From Octopus vulgaris (Eukaryota), in NCBI GenBank assembly GCA_951406725.2, contig OX597820.1:33976001-34040000 (forward strand): 64,000 nt of DNA. The letters are read 5' to 3'. Both the position numbers and the translations under genes were made by a program. Below are positions 53,146 through 64,000 of the stretch, piece by piece. Numbering within the stretch: position 1 is the stretch's first letter; each line of letters starts with the position of its first letter. The notes below the pieces were generated by a model. The model was not told where the DNA came from. It searched no databases and saw only the letters and a list, made by a program, of their open reading frames with translations.

Positions 53146-53815
53146 GGCAGGTGGCTTTTGTCCTCTTTGATAGGTTTTGTTGGCTACTGTTATTCTGCTG
53201 AACAACAGGTCATATCTGATATTATATTTTGGTGACTTCTGCACCCTAATAGAGGACAATGATTCCTTAACTACACTGATGTCATTGGTAGAGACACACA
53301 ACATGAAACTGAGGACTTACTAAAGCTAAGAGAGGGCAGAGATCCTTGGTGCGGTATAGTGAATCACATTGCAGTTGCAGCTGCTTGGAGAAGATAAATC
53401 TAGAATTATATTATACAATGTAACTGCCTTTCCTTATAAAGATGATAATGTGTGATTTGAGGTTGACTAAGCTACTGTTTCTAACACGTCAAACAACCAC
53501 ATAGAAGCACTTTCATTGGCTCATTGCTAATACTGTATCTGATGGCATAAAAGACACAGGGGTGTATTAGATGCACTCTAATTTCAGAAGCTTGTATTCA
53601 GGAAAATATTTTAGTGCATTAAAACAGGAAATACTTAAAGCAACTTCACATATAGGATTCAGAATGATTTTACGAGACATTTTTTGAGTGCAAAAGTGTA
53701 TCTTACATGCCATCAAATACAATAGATGTTATGGTGGGGTTTGCAACAAAAGAAAAGAGGGAATATAGTTTCTTCACAGATTACAACAAAAGCAATAATT
53801 TGTATAGTATTATAC

Positions 53816-53907
53816 CTTCCATCTGTTGTGCATCTCAGCTGCATCTTTTTCTGGCAACTGTTGAACTCTCCTCTTGAGCAGCTCAATACCACACACTGTA
53901 CTCAGTA
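53816..53907 (-). CDS. TBC1D1: TBC1D1/TBC1D4-like exon
   Basis: gtacttgcag acceptor, gtataa donor; 92 nt, phase 1-0; (V)LSTVCGIELLKRRVQQLPEKDAAEMHNRWK keeps the frame between neighbouring exons and occupies the position of ELQKHLTTL... Confidence 0.85.
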
Positions 53908-55522
53908 CTGCAAGTACATGAAAACAGAAAATTATACAATCTTGATTTTTAGATTAGGTTTACTATATTGTTGCATGCTGTTAAGAGGCAACTGAGTGAT
54001 TAACAGTCAAGAGGAACATAAGGCTACATCAAAATAAACATCTCCAACCAGCATAGAAAAATGGGTGTTAAAATAATGATGATCATATGCACACACACAC
54101 TGTTGTCATCATCATTTTGACATATGCCAGATGGAATCTGTTGCTGCAGATTTTCCATGGATGGATGCCCTATCGTTTGCCAAACCATACCTGTTTCAAG
54201 CAAGGTAATATTTTTCCTTGATCAGAAATGTTTTTTTATAGAAGACTGACAAGGGTACATCTGTACCCCACCCATGTGTATGTATGTGTATTTATATCTA
54301 TCTATTATATATCATCATTATCATCATCATCATCATCATCATTTAACATCCAGTTTCCATGCTGGCATGGGCTGAATGGTTGATAGGAACTGGTGAGGCC
54401 AGGGGCCACACCAGGTTCCATAGTATGTTTTGGCTTCATTTCTATGGCTGGAGACCCTTCCTAATGCCAACCACTCCACAGAGTGTACTGGGTGCTTTTA
54501 ATGAGTCACAATGGGTTTCTTTCTGTTTCTATCAACCAAATCTACAAACAAGGCCTTGGCCAGCTCTGGGGCAAGGCATGGCTGTGTGGTTAGGGAGTTG
54601 GCTTTCCAACTATATGCTTTTGGGATCAGTTCCACTGTGAAGCTTTGGGCCAACCAATAGCTTGTGAGTGAATTTAGCCGTTAAAATCTAAAAGAAACCC
54701 ATATGTGAATGCACAAGTGTGTATATGTATGTATGTATATATGGCTGGATTTGTTTACATATCCATTTCATGCTAGCATAGAGAAATGAACATAAAATTA
54801 ATGTGCATGTGTGTGTGTGTGTGTCATTCAACTACAGTAGTAGTTGAATAATATTCTTAAGGCCGCATTTTACTCATGCGCAGCATCTTTCATAGCTTGT
54901 CGCTAATGCAGTTCTTAACTAAATTGAAAACTCTTAACATTTTTGAAGTGGACTGGTCCCTAGCTACATTTTGGCATTAAAAAAATTGAGATTTGATCCA
55001 GTAGAAAAAAGTTTACATCAAAACACCACCAAACAAGTTTAAATCTAAATAACTTTTTTATTTTAAAAGCAAAATGTATTTGTCTTGGCTTCAATGATAG
55101 AAGAAAGCGTCAAGAATTTCATAGTTTTGATCCAACACAACAAAGATTTGTGCCAAAAAAGTTGTGAGGTAAAATATCATGAAAAAAATATAAATATTGG
55201 ATTTAAGTATAATTAACTTTTTTATTTTAAAAACAAACTATATTTTAATTAAGATTAAATGATAGAGCTCAATTTGAGGAATTTCATGGTATCAGTCTCA
55301 TGCAATGAAGTTTTAAAAGAAAATAGTTATGGGTGTTTGTTTTTCAAATTTCAGGATGATAATATAGTTCTATACCTTTTTATGAACATAGCTCTAGGGG
55401 ATTTTTGATATATGTTATCGGCATCATTGAGGTAAGGAAAAAATTATCAACAACACTGCTAATTGACACATTTGACACATTATTAATTAGCATAATATCA
55501 TAGCCTGGAAAAAAACATGGAT

Positions 55523-55912
55523 TACATGGAAAAATGCGAGCAAGAGAAATAATATTCTTAAGATTATAAATCTGGAAAAGTACAGGACAAGTTATTACAT
55601 CTGGTAAAGTACAGAACAAGAAAATGTTTACTTAAAATATTGCAACTAAGGATAAAGTTATTTTTAATTTTTAATAGAAGTAACAAGTAATAACAAATAC
55701 AAGTAACAACTTGTAATAAAATTTCTAGTTTTAATAAAAGTTAATATTTTCTAAATATGAATATTTTATTTGAAATTTTATCCTTAGCTGCAATATTTTA
55801 AGTAAAAATTTTCTTGTTCTGTACTTTTCCAGGTGTAATAACTTGTCCTGTACTTTTCCAGATTCATAATCTTAAGAATATCATTTCTCTTGCTCACATT
55901 TTTTTCCATGTA
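55523..55912. mobile_element. Foldback MITE with about 133-bp inverted arms
   Basis: tacatggaaaaa...taaggataaa pairs with tttatcctta...tttttccatgta; flanked by the direct repeat atggat (55517-55522, 55913-55918). Confidence 0.9.
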
Positions 55913-56371
55913 ATGGATGTATGTAGAATTGTGTTGGTGTATTAACTAATAATACAATAGTAACAAGTCTGGATAACATGAAATATATTCAAAAGGTATG
56001 TCATATATTCTAGTAGTCACTACAATTAATTTTTATCTAATTAGTGACCACACAATACAATAAATGCAACCAAATCTCTAAAGGGACAGTAAAAGGGAGT
56101 TTGACTTGAACTGATTTTAATCCCAATTTGGGTCTTCCTCAGAAGCCATATGTCTTACAATAGTCAGAGACAGTAAGTCACATGTTCAGTCATGCATTTA
56201 TATACGACAACAAATGGTCTTGGCCACAGTTTTTTTGGAAAATGGTCCAAAAAATTCTGATAGCGAACAACAGAAATATTCACTGTTTGTTTTACTGTTT
56301 TTTTTTTAAAGAACAAATGCCCCTACGCCCCTCAAAAAAATAATGAAGAATGTTTGAGAGTTCTTGTTTAC

Positions 56372-56501
56372 CATTTATTTCTTGACATAATTTTTGTAAT
56401 TGGTGTAGTGGACACATTGTACAGATTTGGTTCAACTGGAGCTTGTTCTGTTCGTAGGCAGACTTGAATGCCGATTTCACAGACATAAGAATTTCTTCAA
56501 C
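56372..56501 (-). CDS. TBC1D1: TBC1D1/TBC1D4-like exon
   Basis: ttttaacag acceptor, gtaaac donor; 130 nt, phase 0-1; VEEILMSVKSAFKSAYEQNKLQLNQICTMCPLHQLQKLCQEIN matches VDEIMMTLKQAF...LCEGCPLQSLHKLCERIEG. Confidence 0.93.
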
Positions 56502-56821
56502 CTGTTAAAAACAAGAAAAATACATCAGTCTTGCAGTTATTTTTTACACCTTCGGTCATGATGGTTGTTTTTAATGATGATGATATTGATGACTAATGAT
56601 TATGATTCATGGCTGGCGATGACTGATGATTGATGACTGGTGATGTTTAATCTCAGGTAAGTATTGATTCTGTTGATCAAAGGTATTCCAACTGTGATCA
56701 TTACTAAGAAATATTACTGGTACATGGTATATTGGCAAAAAAACTGCTGGTACACCACATCAGTTAGTTTGAGAAGCACTGCTCTAGACTACATTATCTA
56801 TTTAAAAAAAATTTTTTTGTA

Positions 56822-56992
56822 GAGTGGCTGTGTGGTAAGTAGCTTGCTGACCAACCACATGGTTCCGGGTTCAGTCCCACTGTGTGGCACCTTGGGCAAG
56901 TGTCTTCTACTATAGCCTCAGGCCAACCAAAGCCTTTTGAGTGGATTTGGTAGATGGAAACTGAAGAAGCCCATCGTATATATGTATATTTG

Positions 56993-57023
<31 letters not shown>

Positions 57024-57228
57024 TTGTGTGTCTGTGTTTGTCCCCCACCAAATCGCTTGACAACCCATGTTGGTGTGTTTACGTCCCCGTAACTTAGTGG
57101 TTCAGCAAAAAGAGACCGATAGGATAAGTACTAGGCTTACAAAGAATAAGTCCTGGGGTCGATATGCTTGACTAAAGTTGGTGCTCCAGCATGGCCACAG
57201 TCAAATGACTGATACAAGTAAAGAGAGT
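56822..57228 (+). mobile_element. SINE family A, full-length
   Basis: Same head, internal microsatellite and tail as the other copies. Confidence 0.88.
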
Positions 57229-57487
57229 GTGATGCAGGTTGAATGAGTGCAAAGAGAGAGACATCTCTCACTGGCTTCAGTATTTGGCATATTGTGGATA
57301 TATATGATAGGCACATGTGTGTGTGTGTAGGGAGGGTATGATGTTATGTGCATGAAGTGCATATGTGTGTGGATGATGAGTGTATGCGTGCATGGTGTGT
57401 GTGTGTGTGTATGGGTGTGTGTACATGTACATGGTGTGGATGTGAGTATATGTATGCATTGTATATAAATGTGTATGGTGCATGTGT

Positions 57488-57870
57488 GGAGGCGCTATGG
57501 CTCAGTGGTTAAAGCAGTAGATTCGTGGTCATAGGATCATGGTTTCAATTCCCAGACTGGGCGTTGTGTTTATTGAGCAAAAACACCCAAGGCTCCACAA
57601 GGCTCCAGCAGGGGCTGGTGGCGAGCCCTGCTGTACTCTTTCACCACAACTTTCTCTCATTCTTTCTTCCTGTTTCTGTAGTACCTATATTTCTGTATTT
57701 CAAAGGGCCAGCCTTGTCCCACTCTGTGTCACGCTGAATCTCCCTGAGAACTATGTTAAGGGTACACGTGTCTGTGGAGTGCTCAGCCACTTACATGTTA
57801 ATTTCAAGAGCAGGCAGTTCCGCTGATTGGATCAACTGGAACCCTCGTTGTTGTAACTGATGGAGTGCCA
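57488..57870 (+). mobile_element. SINE family C, chimeric copy
   Basis: 5' half like the 10905 copy; 3' half is the reverse complement of 58398-58580. Confidence 0.8.
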
Positions 57871-58079
57871 CTACTACTATGGCACATGTGTAAAGTGTGC
57901 ATGATATATGTATGCATATGAGTGCATGGTGTGTATAAATGTGTGTGTCAATGTGCATATAGTGTGGATGTGTGTATGATGAATGTGTGTGCATGGTGTG
58001 TGTGTATCTGTATGTGTACATGGTGTGAGTGTGTGCATGGTCTGTGAATATGTGCATGGTGCATGTATAATATGCACAT

Positions 58080-58116
<37 letters not shown>

Positions 58117-58397
58117 TGAGTATATATGCGAGTAAAGAGATCAGGAACAGTATGCAGTAATTTAACACTTACAAGATTTTTCTTTCGGTTACAAGAAGTC
58201 ATTAAAATTGTTTAACCTCAGGTCAGATATGATCAAGCAAACTTTTGATCATAGCTGTTTTTTTACTACTAGTTCTAGCATACCGAGGAGCCACATAGAG
58301 GTTACTTCCACATATATCATATGTATACATGTAGATGCATATATACACGTGTACATACATAGATGAACACACACATACACAAACACACACATGTATA

Positions 58398-59160
58398 GGA
58401 GCACTCCTTCGGTTACGACGACGAGGGTCCCAGCTGATATGATCAACGGAACAGCCTGCTCATGAAATTAACGTGCAAGTGACTGAGCAATCCACAGGCA
58501 CGAGTATCCCTAACGAAGTTCTCAGGGAGATTCAGCGTGACACAAAGTTTGACAAGGCTGACCTTTTGAAATACAGGTACAACTCATTTTTGCTAGCTGA
58601 GTGGACTGGAGCAACGTGAAATAAAGTGTCTTGCTCAAGGACACAATGCGTTGCCAGGAATCGAACTCACGTGAGCTGAATGCCCTAACCACTAAGCCAT
58701 GCGCCTTCACAACACACAAACGTACACACGTTAATAAGTATTCATGCTGAAGCATAAGCTCAAATAGTTAGTTTATATTGTGTGCATATACATGTGCAAG
58801 CATGCGCACATGATAGAAGAATAGGAGACCCCGTTTGGTCATGAATGACCATGGGACTGCACCTAGAAAGTTACCCTCCGAGGCACAAGTCCAGGCAAGG
58901 TTGTTTATGGAAGGCCAGCAGTCGCCCAGGCATACCAGCCTTTCCTCTCCACACCACTGGTGTTATCCAAGGGAAAGGCAAAGGGGCCAATACAGCTTGG
59001 CACCAGTGACATCGTGACTCATTTCTACAGCTGAGTGAACTGGAGCGACGTGAAATAAAGTGTCTTGCTCAAGAACACAACACACAGCCCAGTCCGGGAA
59101 TTGAACTCACAACCTCATGATCGTAAGCTTTATGCACTAACCACTGAGCCATGCACCTTC
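58398..59160 (-). mobile_element. Two SINE family C copies (58398-58710, 58830-59160) with shared head and different tails
   Basis: Shared gctgagtggactggagcaacgtgaaataaagtgtcttgctcaag...taaccactaagccatgc; the second tail is also seen at 19845-20180 (-) and 1593-1910 (+). Confidence 0.82.
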
Positions 59161-59989
59161 ACACACATATTAATATATGCATGTGTGTGTATGTGTGCAG
59201 ATATCTGTGCATGTATGTACATGTTTGAACATCTACACTAATATATGTGTATATATTCTTCAGTCTATGTATATGCATGAAAATGCTTTCAGTACACATG
59301 CATGTATACTTCACTATACAAACATGTATGTATGAATACCCTTCCTTTAACATGTGTGTGTGTGTGTGTGCGCATATATGCCATTCAATATTTATGTGCA
59401 TATCCATGTTTGTACACACATCCTTCAGTATAGGAGTATGCATACCTACACCCACTTCAATAGAGCTGCATAAATATGTAAGAATATCGTGAATATGTGT
59501 GCGTGTGTATGTGTGTGTGTGTGTGTGTGTGTAAGACATTAAAAAGGAAACCAAACAGGAATTTGTTCATATTTTCCTTCAGTTTATTTCCCTGCATTCC
59601 TTGGAAAGAAGTCAAATGCAGCAAATGAGGTCAGGTAATATGAGAATCTAGAAGAGCTACATTTGATTGCCTAAGGGTCAGTCAATACACTATCAGTGAA
59701 TCCTAAATCTTTCAAAAATAGCAGACTCCATTCTCAATGAATTACTGAATAAAATATGAAAAACAAAAGAGAGAAAAATCTACAGAAACAGCCTCATATT
59801 TTATTGATGCAATACACATTTGTCAACTAAATATGCCGCAAAATTGGTTTAAAAATAATCTTCTTCCTCAATGGCTAATATTGTCTCTAATTCTTTCTTT
59901 GAATTCGTAGTTCCAGGGCTTATGACCACAGACCATGTAGCTTTTGTAAAAGGGGGTCTTAAATAAGATTATAATAATCCCCAGATGAC

Positions 59990-60385
59990 AGTGGCTGAGT
60001 GGTAAGTAGCTTGCTTACCAACCACATGGTTCTGGGTTCAGTCCCACTGCGTGGCACCTTGGGCAAGTGTCTTCTACTATAGCGTAAGGCTGACCAAAGC
60101 CTTGTGAGTGGATTTGGTAGACGAAAACTGAAAGAAGCCCATCGTATATATGTATATGTACATGTATATATGTGTGTGTGTGTGTGTGTATGTGTTTGTC
60201 TCCGCAACATCACTTGACAACCGATGCTGGTGTGTTTACGTCCCCATGACTTAGCAGTTCGACAAAAGAGACCGATAGAATAAGTACTAGGCTTACAAAG
60301 AATAAGTCCTGGGGTCTATTTGCTCGACTAAAGGCGGTGCTCCAGCATGGCTGCAGTCAAATGACTGAAACAAGTATAAGAGTAA
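59990..60385 (+). mobile_element. SINE family A, full-length
   Basis: Same head, internal microsatellite and tail as the other copies. Confidence 0.88.
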
Positions 60386-61128
60386 GCGCATGGTAACAAG
60401 GTCTGAAATTTTGGAGTCATGGGGACTAGTTGATTACATTAACCTCAGTGCTTGACCGGTACTTATTTCAGTAACCCTGAAAGGATGAAAGGCAAAGTTA
60501 ACCTTGGTGGAATTTGAACTCAGAATGTATAAAGCAAGAAGAAATGCTTCTAACAATTTTGTCTTTCATGCTAATGATTCTGCCAGCGTGCCAGCTTAGG
60601 AAGAATTATGCATAGCACCATCATCATCATCACCATTATCTTAATGTCTACTTTTTCCATGTTTGCATGGGTCAGACAAAATTTGACGAGGCAGGCTTTC
60701 TGTGGCCAGATGACATTTTTCTCATAAACCCATATCTGTTTCCAGGCAAGCTAATATTTCCTCATAGCTACTCATGTATTTTACAGAAGAATACAAACAA
60801 TTAGATCATGATATTTTGACAAGAGCAACACATGCTCACATACATATACATCTGTCAAGCTACTTTTTCAGTTTTCATTGGCCATATTCACTCACAAGGC
60901 TTGGAACTAAAACAGAAGACATTTGTCTAAAGTGTTGTACAGCTACACCTGCACCTAAAAATAACTTGCAGATCTGCTATTGGGAGCTGCAGCCCCAACA
61001 AGAAGATCTTCCTGTTGGCAAAATAGCAACCCATCAAATCACAAAGAAACATTAAATATCCAAAAGGAAAAATATAAAGAAATATAAAAAAAGAAAAAAG
61101 ATGAGAGAAAGCAAAGTTTACTACTTAC

Positions 61129-61221
61129 AACACTATCTGAGTGGCATTTCAGGAGATGACACATCAAACCATTTCCTGGCTCTCGTGCAGTAAAACCAAA
61201 AATTTCTTGATTTTTGCAGCC
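61129..61221 (-). CDS. TBC1D1: TBC1D1/TBC1D4-like Rab-GAP, internal exon (PTB2 C-terminal part)
   Basis: ttttgtacag acceptor and gtaagt donor; 93 nt, phase 0-0; GCKNQEIFGFTAREPGNGLMCHLLKCHSDSV resembles the TBC1D1 segment GIRHVDHFGFICRE...VCYVFQC. Confidence 0.9.
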
Positions 61222-61569
61222 CTGTACAAAAGAAAAAAATTTTAAAATAGAGAATTTTCAAAACACCACCAACATCAACATCACTGTTTTAAGATCTATT
61301 TTTCTGAGCTTGCATGGGTCAGTTGGAATCCATTGAGGCACATTTTTTTATGACCAGATGCCCTTCCTGTTGCCAACCTTCATCTGTTTCCAAGCAAGAT
61401 GATATTCCCCTTGAATGGACATGTTTCCACAAAAGACTGGAAACAAATGACATCATTTGCATGATGTAGGTGCTCTTAAGTTCTGCACTGTCACTACTCA
61501 ATTTTATTTACCAACCATTTATGAAGTATACAGGGTATTTAAAAAATTTTTCAAATATCATAAGGATCT

Positions 61570-61733
61570 ATTCAGTAATTTTGGTTCATGAAATTGTATA
61601 AAACACACAGCATTACCCTTCTCTCTAGACTTGGATTTTGTGTTCCAAATTTCATTGGGATCAGTGCAGCAGTTTTCGAATGTGTAAGTAACACACGAAC
61701 ACACATAAAGACATTGACTTTTATATAATAGAT
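61570..61733 (-). mobile_element. Non-autonomous Helitron-like 5' end
   Basis: atctattatataaaag...aaaactgctgcactgatcccaatgaaatttgg; a similar end at 62480-62608; Helentron-like attacctctgccaagg end at 19090-19200. Confidence 0.55.
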
Positions 61734-62279
61734 ATGAACATACAGATATACATACATGTATGTGTGTGTGTGTGTATTATACACACACACAAAAAGATAG
61801 ATTGATAGATACAACTGAGTGGGCACACAAAAATATGAGACACTGCCTAGTGGTTTTTTAAAAATTTTGATAAGCCTGGTACTTATTCTATCAGTTTCTT
61901 CTCGTCAAACCAGTAAGTAAACAAACAGCAGTTGTGAAGCAGTGATGAGGGAGAAACACAGAGACAAAGACACACACACACACTTACATATATATATACA
62001 ATTGATTCCTTTCAGTTTCTGTCTACAAAATCCACTCGCAAGGCTTTGGTTGGTCTGAGGTTATAGCAGAAGATACATGCCAAGTCACCACACAGTGGTA
62101 CTGAACCCAGGACCATATGTTTTGGAACCGGTTCTTACCACACAGCTGCACTTGCACCTATGGGTATGTGTGTGTGTGTATGGATGTATGCATGTATATA
62201 TATGTGTGTGTGTGTGTATATATATATATATGCGTACATATTACATGTACATCTATATATATACACCTACACATATACA

Positions 62280-62316
<37 letters not shown>

Positions 62317-62640
62317 TTTTGCAGATATATACATCATAGTTTCACTTTCAGTATTAAAGTGAAAATAACTGACATTACAATAAAGAGATATTATTTGACT
62401 TTTGACACATAATGCTGAAATAGTGGAGGAGATATGATATTGCTCTGGGCTTGCACTAGGCAAGAAGTTAAAATTTTTTTTGGCCTATGACACTACATGG
62501 ACCCTAAGTAAGGCATATGTAAAATTTGAATGAAATTGCTTGTGTAGTTCTTAAGTTTTAGGGATTCACACAGACAGACACACATTCTCATCTTTATATA
62601 TATAGATATACACACACACATACATGTATATTTGACATAT

Positions 62641-63503
62641 ATTTCATCTGCTCAAACAGGAACATATAAACACTTTCTATTGGCTGTTATTTTAATATCA
62701 ACTGATGAAATGGGATTTATGTAATGTTATCTAATATATTATGAAATGGACTTCATATTCGGTAATAAACCACGCTATTGAAACAAGTATATTGTGATGC
62801 TTTGAACTGTCCATTCATTTTTGTTTACACACATGTGATGGCAGTATGTGTGTGTCTTCTTTATTTTCAAGACAACAGAAGTTTGAGTAAGATTCAGTTG
62901 TTAGCTGAGCAGGTTGAGCGATAAGTGTGTAACAGCTTCTTTGCTGGTTGATGACAGGGCTGATGATGATGATGGTGGTGGTAGTGGTTGTAGTGATGGT
63001 AGTATTATGGCAGTTATGAGTGACAGTAAAAGGCAATATTGCCAAGAATTATGATGATAACGACATATATACTTGTAATGGCATATTTGATAAGTGATGA
63101 CAAATAAGGCTGTGATGATAATGTTTATATTTTTCTTGATGGCAGCAATAATGATGATGGTGGTGGTAGAGGCAATGATGAAGTGGTAGTGGTTGGGAAG
63201 GACAATGGAAATGACGATAAGGAGGAAAATTAAGTTGATGAAAATGATCACTTTGACGACAATGAAGATAAGTTGATGAAGACGATAACAACAATAATGA
63301 TTATGATTGACAGGATGATGATGATGATTATGATGATGATTAAGATGATGATTAAGTAAAATGACAACAGCGTCTTTGTTTATTATATTTGGCTTCAGTT
63401 ACATTTAGAATTTTTAACAACAAACTGATTGTTTTCTCAAATTTCATCTGCTCAAACAGGAACATATAAACACTTTCTATTGGCTGTTATTTTAATATCA
63501 ACT
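62641..63503. repeat. Exact 63-bp direct repeat (62641-62703 and 63441-63503)
   Basis: atttcatctgctcaaacaggaacatataaacactttctattggctgttattttaatatcaact is identical at both sites. Confidence 0.95.
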
Positions 63504-64000
63504 CAAGATATATATGCACACGCACACACACACATACACGCACACATACATTTCTTTTCCAGTTCCAGGCTGAGTACTCCGGCTATGCTGGGGCACTGCC
63601 ATTTGCGTTGATACACTTTCACTAAACCTCCTCTGATATATGACATTTGGTGGATGAGGGAGTTCGACGTTGCTGCCCTCATCTGTGTTTCTTGCCTTGA
63701 GGTAAGTTAATCCGGAATGCTTGACAGATGGAGATCCATTTTTGTTTTGAAAACATCCACACACACACACACACATCATCATCATCATTGTTGTTGTTTA
63801 ATGTCTGCTTTTCATGCTGGCAAGCCAGAAGGCTGCACCAGGTTCCAATCTAATCTGGCAAGGTTTCTACAGCTGGATGCCATTCCTAACGCCAACCACT
63901 CAGAGTATAGTGGATGCTTTTTATGTGCCACTAGCATGGGAGCCAGTCAGGCAGCACTGGCATCGATCACATTCGAATGGTGCTTTTTACGTGCCACTGG

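Overview
AT-rich, microsatellite- and SINE-dense eukaryotic DNA. The repeat families look like those of a coleoid cephalopod (probably Octopus); this is inferred from recalled repeat types. The whole window appears to lie inside one large minus-strand gene, a TBC1D1/TBC1D4 (AS160, Drosophila pollux)-like Rab-GAP. Nine GT-AG exons between 61221 and 30877 splice into one open frame (1207 nt, about 402 aa). They cover the end of the second PTB domain, two Akt-type RxRxxT motifs, the SWRxxIFxRVxTP motif and the helix just before the TBC domain. I found no next constitutive exon in 1-30876, so that stretch looks like a >30 kb intron. It contains a CpG-rich island (about 3.15-5.8 kb) with a phase-compatible candidate alternative first exon, and a candidate 45-nt cassette exon. 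Introns hold several SINE-like families tied to particular microsatellites and a young 5'-truncated CR1-type LINE with an open RT frame. They also hold R4/Dong-, RTE- and Penelope-like LINE remnants, Tc1/mariner fossils, hAT/piggyBac/pogo-type MITEs, a long foldback element and Helitron-like ends. Most ORFs in the supplied track are microsatellite or repeat artefacts. All homology calls are from recalled motifs, not database searches.
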